Source: an uncultured Haloferula sp. (GTDB lineage Bacteria > Verrucomicrobiota > Verrucomicrobiia > Verrucomicrobiales > Akkermansiaceae). Taken from it: a stretch of 64,000 nucleotides of DNA. The notes under the pieces are model-generated. The model was not told the DNA's origin and did not search any database. It was given only the letters and a program-made list of their open reading frames with translations. Where the stretch lies: the NCBI GenBank assembly GCA_965652295.1, contig CBFGTS010000012.1, forward strand, positions 32,001 to 96,000. The letters run 5' to 3'. The position numbers and the translations under genes were made by a program. This document shows, one piece after another, positions 1-7,702 of the stretch (the first letter of the stretch is position 1; every line of letters begins with the position of its first letter).

Positions 1-15
1 GCTTCACGCGTCGTC

Positions 16-822
16 ATGCTCACCGATTCCCACTGCCACCTCGCCTCCCACAAGTTTCCCGCCGACGAACTTCCTGGCCTCGTCGCTCGCGCCCGCGAAG
101 CCGGCGTCACCCGCCTGATCTCGCTCGCCACCTGCCTCGGCGACCTCCAGCCGAATCTCGACATCGCCTCCGCCCACCCCGGCATCGCCTGCTGCCTCGG
201 CATCCATCCCTGCGACGTTCATCATGCGCCGGATGACATCATCGAACAGCTTCGCCTTCACCTCGGTCATCCCAAGGTCGCCGCCATCGGCGAAACCGGA
301 CTCGACTACTACCATCCGGCCCCCGAAGGCTGGAGTGAGTCCGACTTCAGGGCGCGCCAGAAATCCCTGCTTGATGCCCACTTCCTGCTCGCCGCGGAAG
401 CCGGGCTGAATGTCGTCATCCACACCCGCGACCGCAGCGGCGACGCCTCGTTTCAAGACGCACTCGATGTCTATCGGCACCATGCAGACAAGGTCCGCGC
501 CGTGTTCCACTGCTTCATCAGCACGGCGGAAAACGCCCATGCCGTGATCGACCTCGGCGGCCTCGTTTCCTTCGGCGGCGTTGCCACCTTCAAGAACGCC
601 AACTCTGTCCTCGATCTCGCCGCCGCACTGCCACCAGCCTCCTTCATGCTGGAAACCGACTCCCCCTACCTCGCCCCGCACCCTCACCGAGGGGAGCGGA
701 ACGAACCCTCCATGGTTTCCGTCATCGCCCACCGCATCGCCGAAGCCCGGCGCGAAACTCTTGCGGAATTAGCAACCCATACCACGCAAACGGCCATCGA
801 CTTCTTCAGGGGAATTGAATAA
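16..822 (+). CDS. tatD: TatD family metal-dependent hydrolase/DNase
   Basis: DSHCHL N-terminus, GIHP, IGETGLDY, HTR, FHCF and ETDSPYLAP..RGERNEP motifs. Confidence 0.92.
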   Translation: MLTDSHCHLASHKFPADELPGLVARAREAGVTRLISLATCLGDLQPNLDIASAHPGIACCLGIHPCDVHHAPDDIIEQLRLHLGHPKVAAIGETGLDYYHPAPEGWSESDFRARQKSLLDAHFLLAAEAGLNVVIHTRDRSGDASFQDALDVYRHHADKVRAVFHCFISTAENAHAVIDLGGLVSFGGVATFKNANSVLDLAAALPPASFMLETDSPYLAPHPHRGERNEPSMVSVIAHRIAEARRETLAELATHTTQTAIDFFRGIE

Positions 823-888
823 ATCGTCCCCCGGGTGTCGTTCTCTTCAACAAACCGGCCGCCAGAGAACCCGAACCCCTACGCTACG

Positions 889-1317
889 ATGAATCCAACC
901 ATCCGCCTCATTGCCCTCGCCGCCGCCTCCGCTGCCGCCACCTCGTGCGGCATGTTCAAGAACGACGAGAACTACGATACTTCCAGTGGATACGATACCT
1001 CGGATCCCTACGGTGTACCCTCCTCCGGAGGCTACGAGACCGCACCTTACCAGGATGTGAACGCACCCGCATCCGATCCCACCTACGGCAGCGCCGCCTA
1101 CGAGGAAGCCGCCCCCACCCCGACACCGACCCCTCCGTATTCCGCTCCGGCCGCCTCTTCCTCCGGCTCCAGCCACACCGTCGTCCGCGGCGACACCCTC
1201 TGGGGGATCAGCAGAAAATACGGCGTGACCATGGACGCCATCCGCGCCGCCAACGGCATGGCCGCGAGTGAAACCAACGTCCGCCTCGGTCAGAGCCTGA
1301 CCATCCCCGGCCAGTGA
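889..1317 (+). CDS. LysM peptidoglycan-binding lipoprotein
   Basis: Start at ATG 889 (MNPTIRLIALAAASAAATSC, lipobox-like), Ser/Pro/Tyr-rich linker, C-terminal LysM (HTVVRGDTLWGISRKYGVTMDAIRAANG..LRLGQSLTIP-like). Confidence 0.88.
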   Translation: MNPTIRLIALAAASAAATSCGMFKNDENYDTSSGYDTSDPYGVPSSGGYETAPYQDVNAPASDPTYGSAAYEEAAPTPTPTPPYSAPAASSSGSSHTVVRGDTLWGISRKYGVTMDAIRAANGMAASETNVRLGQSLTIPGQ

Positions 1318-2258
1318 TCCGCCACGTCGGCATCGCCCTTTTCCTCGCGCTCGGGTCGCTGACCCGCGCCGAGGAGACCGCCGCCGACCTCAGCCTCCGC
1401 GGTGCGGTGGACCTGATGCTTTCCGAGCGCGAGTCGCGGGAAGCGCTCGAGGACGCGATCGACCGCGCACGCAAGCTCGGCGCCTCCGATCAATCCGTGC
1501 TCGAGGCCCGATTCCTCTTCTCCGTCGACCGGCGGGACGACAGCGTCATCGCCGACCTCGCCCCCCAGTTCCTGGCCCGCAAGGACAGCTTCAAAATCGA
1601 GGACTCCGAGATCTTCGGCGTCCGCGAGGACTGGCTCGCCGTCGTCGAATACACCCAGGCCATCGCCTGCCTCAAAAAGCAGGACAAGGCCGGCTTCAAG
1701 CAACACATCACGGAAGCCTTCTGGCTCAGCCCGCGGCAAGGTGCCGCCTTCGCACCGCACATCGAACGCCTCCGCCTCAATGAGGCGATGAAAGACCTGA
1801 AAGTCGATTTCAGCACCGCGCTGGAAACCCTCGATGGCACCACCACCACACCCCGCGATGTCCTCGGAGATCGCAAGGCGCTGTTCCTCCACTTCTTCTC
1901 GCCCTGGAGCCGCGAGTGCGAGGAAAGCCTGCCGGATTTCATCAAGCTCGCCACCTCACTTGAAAAGGCCGGCGTCGCCGTCATGACCATCATCGGAGAA
2001 CCGGACGCCGATACCCGCGCCGACACCGACGCTCTCCTTTCCAGCCTCAAATCGAAGCCCGCTGGCACTTGGGTCACGGACCGCACCCAGCGCCCCCTCT
2101 CCGTCGCACTCCGGGTCCAGTCCGCACCTACGATGGTTCTCGTGGATCTGGATGGCTCCATCCTTTTCAACGGCCACCCGAGCGAACGCGAGCTGTGGGA
2201 CGCCATCGGCAAGGTAGCGCCGGAGTTCGAGCGCCCTGCCAGCGCGCCGACCCACTGA
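1314..2258 (+). CDS. Exported TlpA/thioredoxin-fold protein with a helical N-terminal domain and SxxC active-site variant
   Basis: Signal peptide; LHFFSPWSRECEESLP and SAPTMVLVD thioredoxin-fold motifs; start overlaps the LysM stop (GTGA). Confidence 0.7.
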   Translation: MIRHVGIALFLALGSLTRAEETAADLSLRGAVDLMLSERESREALEDAIDRARKLGASDQSVLEARFLFSVDRRDDSVIADLAPQFLARKDSFKIEDSEIFGVREDWLAVVEYTQAIACLKKQDKAGFKQHITEAFWLSPRQGAAFAPHIERLRLNEAMKDLKVDFSTALETLDGTTTTPRDVLGDRKALFLHFFSPWSRECEESLPDFIKLATSLEKAGVAVMTIIGEPDADTRADTDALLSSLKSKPAGTWVTDRTQRPLSVALRVQSAPTMVLVDLDGSILFNGHPSERELWDAIGKVAPEFERPASAPTH

Positions 2259-2408
2259 CCGCCGACTGCCCAGCTACGCCCTCCGCCGTAGCATCCCGCT
2301 GGCAACGGCAGCCGCCGTAGTTAACTTTTTCTGAATATCGGCACAATTAAACTTGACGGAAGGGTGTAGTACTAGCTTTATGGTCGATAAGAAAAACATC
2401 GACCTCCG

Positions 2409-3038
2409 ATGCCAGCGACACCATCCAATCTCGAACTCCAAGCCCTCTCCGTCCTCTGGCATGAGGGGCCCTCTACTGTGGGTGACGTACTGAACGCCCT
2501 GCCGGACGGAAAAGACCGGGCCTACACGACGGTTCTGTCCGTCATGCAAAGCCTCGAGCGCAAGAAACTCGTCAAGCGGTCCCGCACGGGCCGGGCCCAT
2601 GTTTACGAAGCCGCTCACAGCCAATCCCAGATTGCAGGCAAGGCGACGGGCGAATTCCTCACAAACGCTTTCGGAGGACACCTCGGTGAGGCAGTCCTCG
2701 CGCTACTCTCCGCCGGCACATTGACGCCGGAAGAGAAATCCAACATCGAACGCGAACTAAAACGACACAAAGCCATGCCTGCCAAAAAGACGACCAAGAA
2801 GGCCGCCAAAAAGGCCGCCAAGAAAGCGCCTGCCAAGAAGGCGGCGAAGAAGGCCCCAAAAAAGGCCGCCAAGAAGGTGACGAAGAAAACCGCCAAGAAG
2901 GTCGCGAAAAAAGCGGCCAAAAAGGTGGCCAAGAAAGTCGCCAAAAAGGCACCGAAGAAAGCTGCGAAGAAGGTAGCGAAAAAGGCCGCCAAGAAGGCTC
3001 CGAAAAAAGCCGCCAAAAAGGCCGCAAAGAAAAAGTAA
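2409..3038 (+). CDS. BlaI/MecI/CopY family transcriptional regulator with histone H1-like Lys/Ala C-terminal tail
   Basis: ELQALSVLW..GPSTV..RAYTTVLSVMQSLERKKLV winged helix (aa 1-~120), followed by ~85 aa of KKAA/KKVA/KKAP repeats. Confidence 0.85.
   Translation: MPATPSNLELQALSVLWHEGPSTVGDVLNALPDGKDRAYTTVLSVMQSLERKKLVKRSRTGRAHVYEAAHSQSQIAGKATGEFLTNAFGGHLGEAVLALLSAGTLTPEEKSNIERELKRHKAMPAKKTTKKAAKKAAKKAPAKKAAKKAPKKAAKKVTKKTAKKVAKKAAKKVAKKVAKKAPKKAAKKVAKKAAKKAPKKAAKKAAKKK
2775..3035 (+). repeat. Degenerate 12-bp coding tandem repeat (AAGAAGGCCGCC-like) encoding KK(A/V/T)(A/P/T) units
   Basis: Directly visible; synonymous variation between units indicates selection at protein level. Confidence 0.85.
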
Positions 3039-3109
3039 CCTTCCCACCCAGCGACAGATTCGTCACCTCGCCGTGATCGGACTGTTCGCGTCGGTAGATG
3101 TTTTTTGAG

Positions 3110-3139
3110 AGGCGAAGGGCGCGAGCCCTTCGCCTTTTT
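3110..3139 (+). terminator. Rho-independent terminator
   Basis: AGGCGAAGGGC-GCGA-GCCCTTCGCCT followed by TTTT. Confidence 0.85.
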
Positions 3140-3202
3140 CATGCCTGCCGGACGCCTTCCGCGTGTCGGTGGAATGAAATTCAACGGCCCTCAAAAAAGC
3201 AT

Positions 3203-3231
3203 TTGCATCCCCTCGGATCGCCTCCTAGCCT
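3203..3231 (+). promoter_or_regulatory. Sigma70-type promoter of tRNA-Val
   Basis: TTGCAT-17 nt-TAGCCT, preceded by an A-rich UP-like tract. Confidence 0.65.
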
Positions 3232-3274
3232 CCGGCCTCCTTCGCGGCAGGGGCTCTCAAAAGCTCCGACCTAG

Positions 3275-3349
3275 GCGCGGTTAGCTCAGCGGTAGAGCAC
3301 CACCTTGACACGGTGGGGGTCACTGGTTCGATCCCAGTATCGCGCACCA
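3275..3349 (+). tRNA. tRNA-Val (anticodon GAC)
   Basis: Acceptor GCGCGGT/ATCGCGC, D-arm AGCTCAGCGGTAGAGC, anticodon stem CCACC-TTGACAC-GGTGG, T-loop GGTTCGATCC, encoded CCA. Confidence 0.97.
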
Positions 3350-3407
3350 TCTCTCCCAATCGGAGAGATCACCGATCACCCATCGCAAGCCGCGGACATG
3401 TTTCCCC

Positions 3408-4265
3408 ATGTCGAGTCCAGCACCCAGTTCCCGACACCTTGCCACCCTTGTTCGCCTGCTGGATGACGAAACTCCGGAAGTCCGGGCGTCCGTCGCACGC
3501 GAACTGGAATGCTACGACGGCGACGTCAGCGATTGGCTCACTTCGCTTCCCAGCCCCCTCACCCCCACCGAGCGAACCACGCTCGGCCGCTTGCTCCGCC
3601 CCGCACGACGTCGCCGGCTGGAAGCCGACTGGATCGTCCCAAGCCGTGGTCGTGGCGCGCTCGATGATGACTGGGAAGCCGCCGAAGCCTTGCTCAGAGC
3701 CGTTTCCGATTTCCTGCATGACGGCGTTTCCCTTCGCCAGCCTCTCGGAGATGCGCTCGATCTTCTCGCCGAGGAAGCCGAGGCAACGTTCACCTCTGCG
3801 GGTGAGTGCGGAATGTGCGCCTACCTGCTCGAGCGTCATCTGAAAAGCGACCCGGCCGCCGACCTGGTTCCCGAGCACTATGACCTTGCAGCCTTGGCCG
3901 AGGGTGCTGCGGGAAATTCGCTCGGCCTCGGAGCGGTGCTGCTACTGGTCGGCCACCGGCTCGGTGCCAACATGCGCGGCGTCGACTTTCCGGGCGTCTT
4001 CTACCTCGTCATTCCCGATCCCCGGCAAGGGCATCTCACCTTCGATCCGGCGTCCGGTCTCCAGCCGGTCGATTCGGAGACGCTCACCCGCCGCGTGATG
4101 CGCGCCTCCCCGGCGCTGCGGGAAAAGCTCCGTCTGCCTTTCACCGCAGGCGATCTTGTGCTCCGTTTCACCGAGGACATCGAAGCCGCCTTCGCAGTGA
4201 ACGACGAACTCGAAGACGCCGAGCTTTTCGGTCGTCTCGCGGAAAGCCTGAGGGCACCTCGATAG
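3408..4265 (+). CDS. SirB1/transglutaminase-like (Transglut_core2) family protein
   Basis: LVRLLDDETPEVR N-terminus; GNSLGLGAVLLLVGHRLG..GVDFPGVF..FDP motif typical of the family. Confidence 0.65.
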   Translation: MSSPAPSSRHLATLVRLLDDETPEVRASVARELECYDGDVSDWLTSLPSPLTPTERTTLGRLLRPARRRRLEADWIVPSRGRGALDDDWEAAEALLRAVSDFLHDGVSLRQPLGDALDLLAEEAEATFTSAGECGMCAYLLERHLKSDPAADLVPEHYDLAALAEGAAGNSLGLGAVLLLVGHRLGANMRGVDFPGVFYLVIPDPRQGHLTFDPASGLQPVDSETLTRRVMRASPALREKLRLPFTAGDLVLRFTEDIEAAFAVNDELEDAELFGRLAESLRAPR

Positions 4266-4274
4266 GCCAACGCC

Positions 4275-5348
4275 TCAGACTTCGCCGTCGGGATACAGCT
4301 GATGATACTTGATCGCCTCGACCGCGACAGCCGCCGCCGTCCCGAACAGGCTTTCCTCCGACACCGTTCTCGGCACCTGGGCCACCGGCCGGGCAAGCCC
4401 CATGATCAAAGGGCCGAAATTCACCGCCCCCGCGCAGTGTTGCAGCATCTTCAGCGAAATATGGGCGGCATCGAGGTTGGGAAAAATCAGCACATCGGCC
4501 GAGGCACGGTCGTCGGAGTTCGGCAGTTTGATCTCCGCTGCCTGGGGATCCAAGGCGACGTCCGCCTGGACCTCGCCCTCGATCCAAAGGTCGAATCCCT
4601 CCTGCGTCGCCTGCTCCCGGGCTCTTGCCGCCGCGGCCGCGACCTTCCTGGCCGGTCCGGTTCCAGCGGACCCCTTGGTGGAGTGACTCAAGAGCGCGAC
4701 CCGTGGCCTCCGTCCAAGCATGTGGCGGGCAAGCTTGCCGGCCTCCACGGCCATCGCCGCCAGTTCCTCCGTGGTCGGCTCGGGAATCATCCCGGTGTCC
4801 GCCAGGAACAACAACCCGTCACCACCGAAATTGCTGAGGTGCGGCGCGGAAAGAACCGTCACCCCGAAAAGCTTAGGCACGTCCGGCAAAGGCTTGATGC
4901 TCTGGATGACCGCCCGGAAAAGCGCCGCCGGAAGAGAAGCATTCCCGCCCACCATCGCATCCGCCTGGCCATACTGGATCATCAGCGACCCGAAGACGGC
5001 AGGCTTGGAAACAATGGTAGCGACGTCATCCGCCACGCTGCCCCGGTATTTCAGGATCTTTTCGAACCGCTGACAAAAGAGCGGGAAGTCCGACGCCGTG
5101 GCCGGATCGAGAAGCTTGACGAAGGTGAGATCGACTCCCTCCTCCGCCGCCATCTCCCTCATCCGCTCGATCTTTCCCAACAAAATGGGAACCACCGCCT
5201 CGGCTTTCACCAGTCTCTCCGCCACGCGAAGAACCCGCGGATCCTCGCCATCGCTGAAAACCACCCGTTTCGGGTGCCGTCTGAGCTGCGCGATCAGCGG
5301 ATCGGTGAATCGAGCGACAGCTTGAGCTTGGCTTGTGTCAGGGTTCAT
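4275..5348 (-). CDS. Phosphate acetyl/butyryltransferase (PTA_PTB) family protein with divergent active site
   Basis: KRVVFSDGEDPRVL, ADAMVGG, RVALLSHSTKGS, EGEVQADVAL, LIFPNLDAA, GPLIMGLARPV; likely start ATG 5348. Confidence 0.85.
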   Translation of the reverse strand: MNPDTSQAQAVARFTDPLIAQLRRHPKRVVFSDGEDPRVLRVAERLVKAEAVVPILLGKIERMREMAAEEGVDLTFVKLLDPATASDFPLFCQRFEKILKYRGSVADDVATIVSKPAVFGSLMIQYGQADAMVGGNASLPAALFRAVIQSIKPLPDVPKLFGVTVLSAPHLSNFGGDGLLFLADTGMIPEPTTEELAAMAVEAGKLARHMLGRRPRVALLSHSTKGSAGTGPARKVAAAAARAREQATQEGFDLWIEGEVQADVALDPQAAEIKLPNSDDRASADVLIFPNLDAAHISLKMLQHCAGAVNFGPLIMGLARPVAQVPRTVSEESLFGTAAAVAVEAIKYHQLYPDGEV

Positions 5349-5416
5349 CAAAAATATCGGGCGGTCCCCGCAAAAGATAGGGCCCGTTAGGAAACCGCCG
5401 CAACCCTGAAACCACC

Positions 5417-6211
5417 TTGCCTGCCGACTATCACACTCACACCCCCCTTTGCCGTCACGCACAGGGCGAGCCCGAGGCTTACATCGACCAGGCTCTGGCG
5501 GCCGGCCTGAGCGCCTTCGGGATGTCCGACCACGCGCCAGCCCGGCCGGAGCCGTTCGATGACTGGCGCATGTTCGAGCGCGAGCTGCCTGAATATTTCC
5601 AACTCATCGAACGCGCCCGGAACCACGCCGGCAGCCGGATTCCGGTGCGCGCCGGGCTGGAATGCGACTGGCTGCCTGGCTGCGAGGCCTGGATCGAGGA
5701 ACTCGCGGCACGCTACGAGTGGGACTACCTCATCGGCTCGGTCCACTACCTCGACTCCTGGGATTTCGACAATCCGAAGTGGCTCGGCCGCTGGGCGGAG
5801 GCCGATATCGAGCAGGTCTGGGATCACTATTGGGAAACCTACGCACGCATGGCCCGCAGCGGGCTTTTCGACATCCTCGGGCACGCCGACCTCATCAAAA
5901 AGTTCGCCTACCGGCCCGGTGGCGACCTCCGACGCTTCTACGATCCGGCCATTCAGGCCATCGCGGACTCGGGCAAAGCCATCGAGCTCAATACCGCTGG
6001 CTGGCACAAGCCCTGTGCCGAGGCCTACCCGAGCGACGAATTCCTCACCCTCGCCCACTCCGCCGGTATCCCGCTGGTGATTTCCTCGGATGCCCACAAG
6101 CCGGAAGAAGTGGCGCGGGATTTCGACAAGGCGATCACCCGCGCCCATTCATGCGGCTATCGGCAGACCGCTCTCTTCGAGAAACGTCAGCGCACCTCCG
6201 AAGCCGTCTAA
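5417..6211 (+). CDS. Histidinol-phosphatase, PHP (HisJ/HisK) family
   Basis: DYHTHT.LC.HA, SDH, GLECD, DYLIGSVH, HADL, ELNTAG, SSDAH motifs; TTG start. Confidence 0.9.
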   Translation: MPADYHTHTPLCRHAQGEPEAYIDQALAAGLSAFGMSDHAPARPEPFDDWRMFERELPEYFQLIERARNHAGSRIPVRAGLECDWLPGCEAWIEELAARYEWDYLIGSVHYLDSWDFDNPKWLGRWAEADIEQVWDHYWETYARMARSGLFDILGHADLIKKFAYRPGGDLRRFYDPAIQAIADSGKAIELNTAGWHKPCAEAYPSDEFLTLAHSAGIPLVISSDAHKPEEVARDFDKAITRAHSCGYRQTALFEKRQRTSEAV

Positions 6212-7554
6212 TCGCCTTCGACGGCCCGCACGATCTCGCCAAAAACATCCTCCGCCGAACCCACCTCGCCAGCGGCTCCGAGAATCACCGGCTGCAAGTC
6301 CGGCTCCACCTTGTCACGACCATGGGAGCCTTTCACCAGTGAGGCATCCAGCGGGATCACCTCCAGCAAGCCGCGCAGCCCCAGCTTTTTCCTCATCAGG
6401 AACTTCGCGATCTCCCACTTCGGGACCTTGAGCGTCGGATCCAGAAACAGCTCCGCCGGATCGTAGCCCGGCTTGCGATGAATATCGATCGTCCGCGCGA
6501 AGTCGGGTGCCTTCGCATCGTCTTCCCAGTAATAGTAAGTGAACCAGGCGTCCGGCTCGGCGATGACCACGAAATCCCCGCTGCGATCGCCATCGATGGA
6601 CCCGCGCACCTCCTCGACCCCATCCAGGTTTTCCAGAAATTCCCGCAGCTCCGCCGTCGGCCCTTCCATTGAATAAACATGGGCCACCTGATGGTCCGCC
6701 ACCGCGAAGACTTTCGAGCCGAAAACATCCAAGGCCTCCCGGCCAAGCTCGTCCTTCACTTGCAGCCAACCCTGTTTCCGGAACTCCCGATTCAAATGGA
6801 TGGGGCGCCGCACCGACCCGATCCCATACTCGGAAACCACCAGGATCTTCACGCCCCGCTGCTCAAGAAACTCGATCAGATCGCCGGCCACACGGTCGAT
6901 TTCCTCCAGCTCAAGCCGCGTCTCCGGCGCATCGGGACCCACCTTCTGCAGGCAGTAGTCCAAGTGCGGCAGGTACACCAACGACAGGGTCGGCCGCGCC
7001 TTCTCCTCCGCCCATCTGGCTGCCGCCGCAATCCATTCCGAGGCCGCGATACCCGCCGCCGGCCCCCAAAAGGCCGGGAAGGGAAACGGTCCGAGTGCCT
7101 CCTTCACCTCCTCCCGCCACCCCATCGGCTGGGTGTGGATGTCGAACACCTTCCGCCCGTCCGCCGGATAAAGCGGGCGCGGCGTCATCGCGAAATCCGC
7201 CGCGGTCGCCATGTTGTACCACCAGAACAGGTTCGCGCACGTGAACGCCGGGTGACGCTCCTTCAGCACCTCCCACACCTTCCTGCCGCGGACCAAGCGG
7301 TTGCTCTGCTTCCAAAACCGTACTTCGGCCGATTCCCGGTCATACCACCCGTTCCCTACAATCCCGTGCCCGGACGGCGGCAGCCCGGTGAGCATCGACG
7401 ACTGGGCCGTACATGTCACCGCCGGAAAAGCCGGCGGAAACGACCGACAGCCCGCCCGCTCCGCGAAACGTGACAGCTTCGGAGTGCCCTCTCCCATCAA
7501 GGATCGGGAGAGCCCCACCACGTTGATCACCGCCACTCGCTGCACAGGCACCAC
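6208..7554 (-). CDS. Alkaline phosphatase/nucleotide pyrophosphatase family protein (EboF-like)
   Basis: INVVGL, FPAVTCTAQ, GIVGNGWY, FWKQSN, YLPHLDY, SEYGI, AVADHQVAHVY, DIHRKPGYDP, KGSHGR; start GTG 7554 or 7545. Confidence 0.82.
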   Translation of the reverse strand: MVPVQRVAVINVVGLSRSLMGEGTPKLSRFAERAGCRSFPPAFPAVTCTAQSSMLTGLPPSGHGIVGNGWYDRESAEVRFWKQSNRLVRGRKVWEVLKERHPAFTCANLFWWYNMATAADFAMTPRPLYPADGRKVFDIHTQPMGWREEVKEALGPFPFPAFWGPAAGIAASEWIAAAARWAEEKARPTLSLVYLPHLDYCLQKVGPDAPETRLELEEIDRVAGDLIEFLEQRGVKILVVSEYGIGSVRRPIHLNREFRKQGWLQVKDELGREALDVFGSKVFAVADHQVAHVYSMEGPTAELREFLENLDGVEEVRGSIDGDRSGDFVVIAEPDAWFTYYYWEDDAKAPDFARTIDIHRKPGYDPAELFLDPTLKVPKWEIAKFLMRKKLGLRGLLEVIPLDASLVKGSHGRDKVEPDLQPVILGAAGEVGSAEDVFGEIVRAVEGD

Positions 7555-7601
7555 CGTTCTTCAACGCCGCCGCCAGAGCGAGGGGAAATCACATTCCTGC
7601 T

Positions 7602-7619
7602 GTTCATTTTTTTGTGAAC
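7602..7619. promoter_or_regulatory. Putative operator 1 (GTTCA-N8-TGAAC)
   Basis: GTTCA TTTTTTTG TGAAC inverted repeat; a second copy lies 73 bp downstream. Confidence 0.6.
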
Positions 7620-7668
7620 TTTGATCCGCTTCAGCTCATCACCATTGCTCGGTTTGCTTATTTTCTCA

Positions 7669-7697
7669 TTGCGTGTTCATATTTTAGTGAACACTCT
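7669..7697 (+). promoter_or_regulatory. glmM promoter overlapped by operator 2 (GTGTTCA-N8-TGAACAC, 7673-7694)
   Basis: TTGCGT-17-CACTCT then 5 nt to ATG 7703; perfect 7-bp inverted repeat covers the spacer. Confidence 0.62.
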
Positions 7698-7702
7698 CCG
7701 CC

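Noticed and set aside
16..822. TatD as EboB partner of the EboF-like gene
   Set aside because: It has canonical TatD/YcfH motifs, lies 5 kb away on the opposite strand, and no other ebo genes are present.
2615..3184. Minus-strand ORFs rich in FLAAFF or RPFW repeats that look like membrane proteins
   Set aside because: They are antisense shadows of the KKAA-repeat tail of the BlaI-H1 gene.
3275..3410. tRNA-Val (and tRNA-His at 16401-16477) as possible island integration sites
   Set aside because: No integrase, no duplicated tRNA 3' end seen, and flanking genes are housekeeping-like.
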